Source: Saccostrea echinata
Taxonomy: Eukaryota
Assembly (NCBI RefSeq): GCF_033153115.1
Contig: NW_026889764.1
Location: 11,904,001-11,968,000, forward strand
Length of the DNA stretch: 64,000 bases
Direction of reading: 5' to 3'
A program made the translations under genes and the position numbers. Numbering within the stretch: the stretch's first letter is position 1; every line of letters starts with the position of its first letter. A model generated the notes under the pieces. The model saw only the letters and a list, made by a program, of their open reading frames with translations, searched no databases and had not been told where the DNA came from. Below, piece after piece: positions 61,515 through 64,000 of this stretch.

Positions 61515-64000
61515 ATGAAAATAAAGGGTACAAGGAAGCTTACATTGCCTTTGGTGGTAATAAGTTTTGGGTTTTGGATTTCTGCCATACTCACACCGAG
61601 CTGGGTTTCCTGGTCCGTTTACTATCCATTACCAAACAAACCTGAAAAGGTACAAGTACAAATGTAATTCTGTTTGTCGTCTTCGTTAAATATTAGATGA
61701 AATAAATGGTGTTAATTAATGGAATTGATTTCTTGTCGTACATTTTGATTTCAACAGCATCACATGTGCATCCCTATGCCAATAGAAACAATATCTATAA
61801 TTACAACGGTATTATAACATTTTGGTATAAAGGTTACAATGAATAACTATGAATAACATGAGGTCTATTGGTCACATCGCTCAGTTGAGCACTTAGAGAT
61901 CACAGAAATCAGTTCAGAATTGAAGAGTTAAAAAATTATTATAAATGACTCCACCTACTCCCAAGGTCGAAGGTGGAAACAAACTTGCTTCCATATTGAT
62001 AAGACTAACCATGGCTTTGTTCTTCCTGAGAGGAAGATTTTTATGATCTTTTTCCTACATCTTCCCATGTAAAACTTTCATCGCCTAATATGGCCCCACC
62101 CTACCCCAGAAGGTCAACATTTGAACAAACTTTAATCTACACTACAATACCAGAGAATGCTTCTGAATCATTATGAATAAAAATGGTTCTGTTGTTTTAA
62201 AAGAAGATTTAAAGATATTTCCTACATCTTCCTTTGTATAATTTTGATCCCCACTCGTGAACAAATTTGAATCTACACTACCTGAGGATGCCTATGTATT
62301 ATTTTGACGATTCGTGGCTTTGCAATTCTTTTTTCCAACCTCTTTCTATAAAAAACTTATATTCCCTGTCGTGGCCACCCTACACCTTGGGGTCATGATT
62401 TGAACAAACTTGAATCTACACCACCTGAAGTTTTTTCTATATCAATAGGACTATACATGGCTTTGTTGGTCATGAGAATTTTCCTATGCATAAGTTGGAT
62501 TCCCTATTGTGCCCCCCCCCCCCCACCGGCCGGGTCATTATTTGAAAAAAAATGAATCTACACTTCCTGCGAATGCCTCTTAATTATTTAGACTAGTCTT
62601 GACTTTGCTGGTCATGAGAAAATGAGCTTTGCTATTCCTGAGAAGATTTGTAAAAATTTCCCATATATTCCTGTGTTTAACTTTATTCCTCCATATCCTC
62701 TGTTGTGGCCCACTCTACCTCGGGGTTCATGATTTGAACAAAGTTGAATCTACACTTTGTAATGACGCTTTCAAGTATGTTTCATCTTTTCTGGTTCAGT
62801 AGTTTTTGAGAAGATTTTTAAAATATGCCAATAAATTTACACTACGCAGGTAGGTTAAGGCTTCCCGTAGAATATGACAGTGCACTCTGTGCCTTCACAT
62901 CTCTGAACTACCAAAATATGACGTCATAATGGAAAATGACGTCAGGTCACTGCAAACTTGAGGTGTTATGACGGGGAGAGTGTCATGAACTTCACACTTT
63001 ATTTCAAACTGCATGTAAAATGCTAGATAGCCATTGCAAAATTCACGGGTCGTTAAAGGTTTTTTAAGTCTTATATGTCCGAATATTTTAAAAATACACC
63101 ACTTACCTACCCTTGATTGAAATTCATCATGTTCAAAATGATTATGAAAAATATACTTTTGAAATGTACTCTGTTTTATACCCGTGGTTGGAGGTAGAAT
63201 TTATTTTGTGTGTATAAAATTGTCTGGCGCAGGTGATTAATGAGGATTAATCTGATAATTTTTGTGGAAATCTGTAAGAAGAGGTTGCGCTCTAACTGAA
63301 TCTTGCTTGGGAAAATGTGTGTTGGCTTTGTTTTAATACAGATTACGATATTGTATGGAAAATACCCTAAAATTTGTAGGTAAGTTGAATTTCTCAGGAT
63401 ATATTTTGTACCCAAGTAATACTATGACTTTTCCCAAGCACATTTCGGATACACAAGGATACGATGAGCTTATTTATATAACAAAATGTTAATAATTATT
63501 GTGTTAATCAGCTGCGCCGAAGCGATTTATATGAAACACTTCCAAAAATTATAAATGACCGTCACGTGATCAACAAAGTCATGTGATATCATAACAAATA
63601 TGCTAATATATAACCGGGGAAACCCTTTATATAAATTGGAAGTACTAAAGTTCAATACTTGTAAATTAAAACCAAAACCGACCTCGCAATGACATATTAT
63701 GTTTTGAGCGCATTTTAAAGCTTCGGGAAGCCTTAACATAGCTGCGTAATTCTTAATTAACCCCCTTTGAAAGAGGGCGCGGCCATTCCTGTGAACAAAC
63801 TTGAACCACCTCACTTGAGCCAATTGCTCAGGTGTGCTAAAATTTAAAGGCTGAGGGTAAAAATCCCACTCCAATTCAGTGCATTTCAAGGAATATTTCC
63901 TACGTTTACATTAAACATTTTCCCTTCACCTTTCAGGAGATGATGATATGGGAATCAACACTGAATCACACATTGCTACACTATTATAATATATTCTTCA
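61515..64000 (+). CDS. Claudin-like four-TM paralog of the 6797-8333 gene (5' part; continues beyond the window)
   Basis: Exon 61515-61649 MKIKGTRKLTLPLVVISFGFWISAILTPSW..PNKPEK|GT (135 nt, same length as in the paralog). Exon from 63937 EMMIWESTLNHTLLHYYNIFF matches EQMMWNNTILHYYKYF. Confidence 0.8.
61855..62840 (+). mobile_element. Helentron-type element with ~5-6 Cg170-like satellite monomers (intronic)
   Basis: End motif ACATGAGGTCTATTGGTCACATCGCTCAGTTGAG; repeated TGAACAAACTTGAATCTACACTACCTGAGGATGC. Confidence 0.8.

Overview
AT-rich eukaryotic genomic DNA, almost certainly from a bivalve mollusc (oyster-like). The evidence is tRNA-derived SINEs, Cg170-like ~166-bp Helentron satellites and many Penelope-like fragments. 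I reconstructed four intron-containing host genes by hand: (1) a 229-aa claudin-like four-TM gene (- strand, 6797-8333, one GC-AG intron); (2) a 680-aa signal peptide + furin-like Cys-rich + TM surface protein (- strand, 13249-16755); (3) a 500-aa N-terminal TIR + two-TM TMEM268/DUF4481-like gene (+ strand, 39765-46982); (4) an inverted paralog of gene 1 (+ strand, from 61515, running off the window). A CAP-superfamily pseudogene abuts a Ty3/Gypsy gag remnant. Two structures stand out. The first is an intact 8.0-kb Ngaro-type tyrosine-recombinase retrotransposon (53477-61494, - strand). It carries an SGNH-hydrolase ORF and 14 dispersed CCCCAACCATATAGGGG hairpins (two with compensatory changes), both inside a predicted leader intron. 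It is flanked by an unexpected perfect 40-bp duplication that regenerates the splice acceptor and ATG of the host gene it hit. The second is a ~10-kb foldback-like inverted repeat (about 25710-35757) with higher-order tandem arrays and a Pol II promoter pointing into it. All calls come from reading the sequence by eye; no searches were run.
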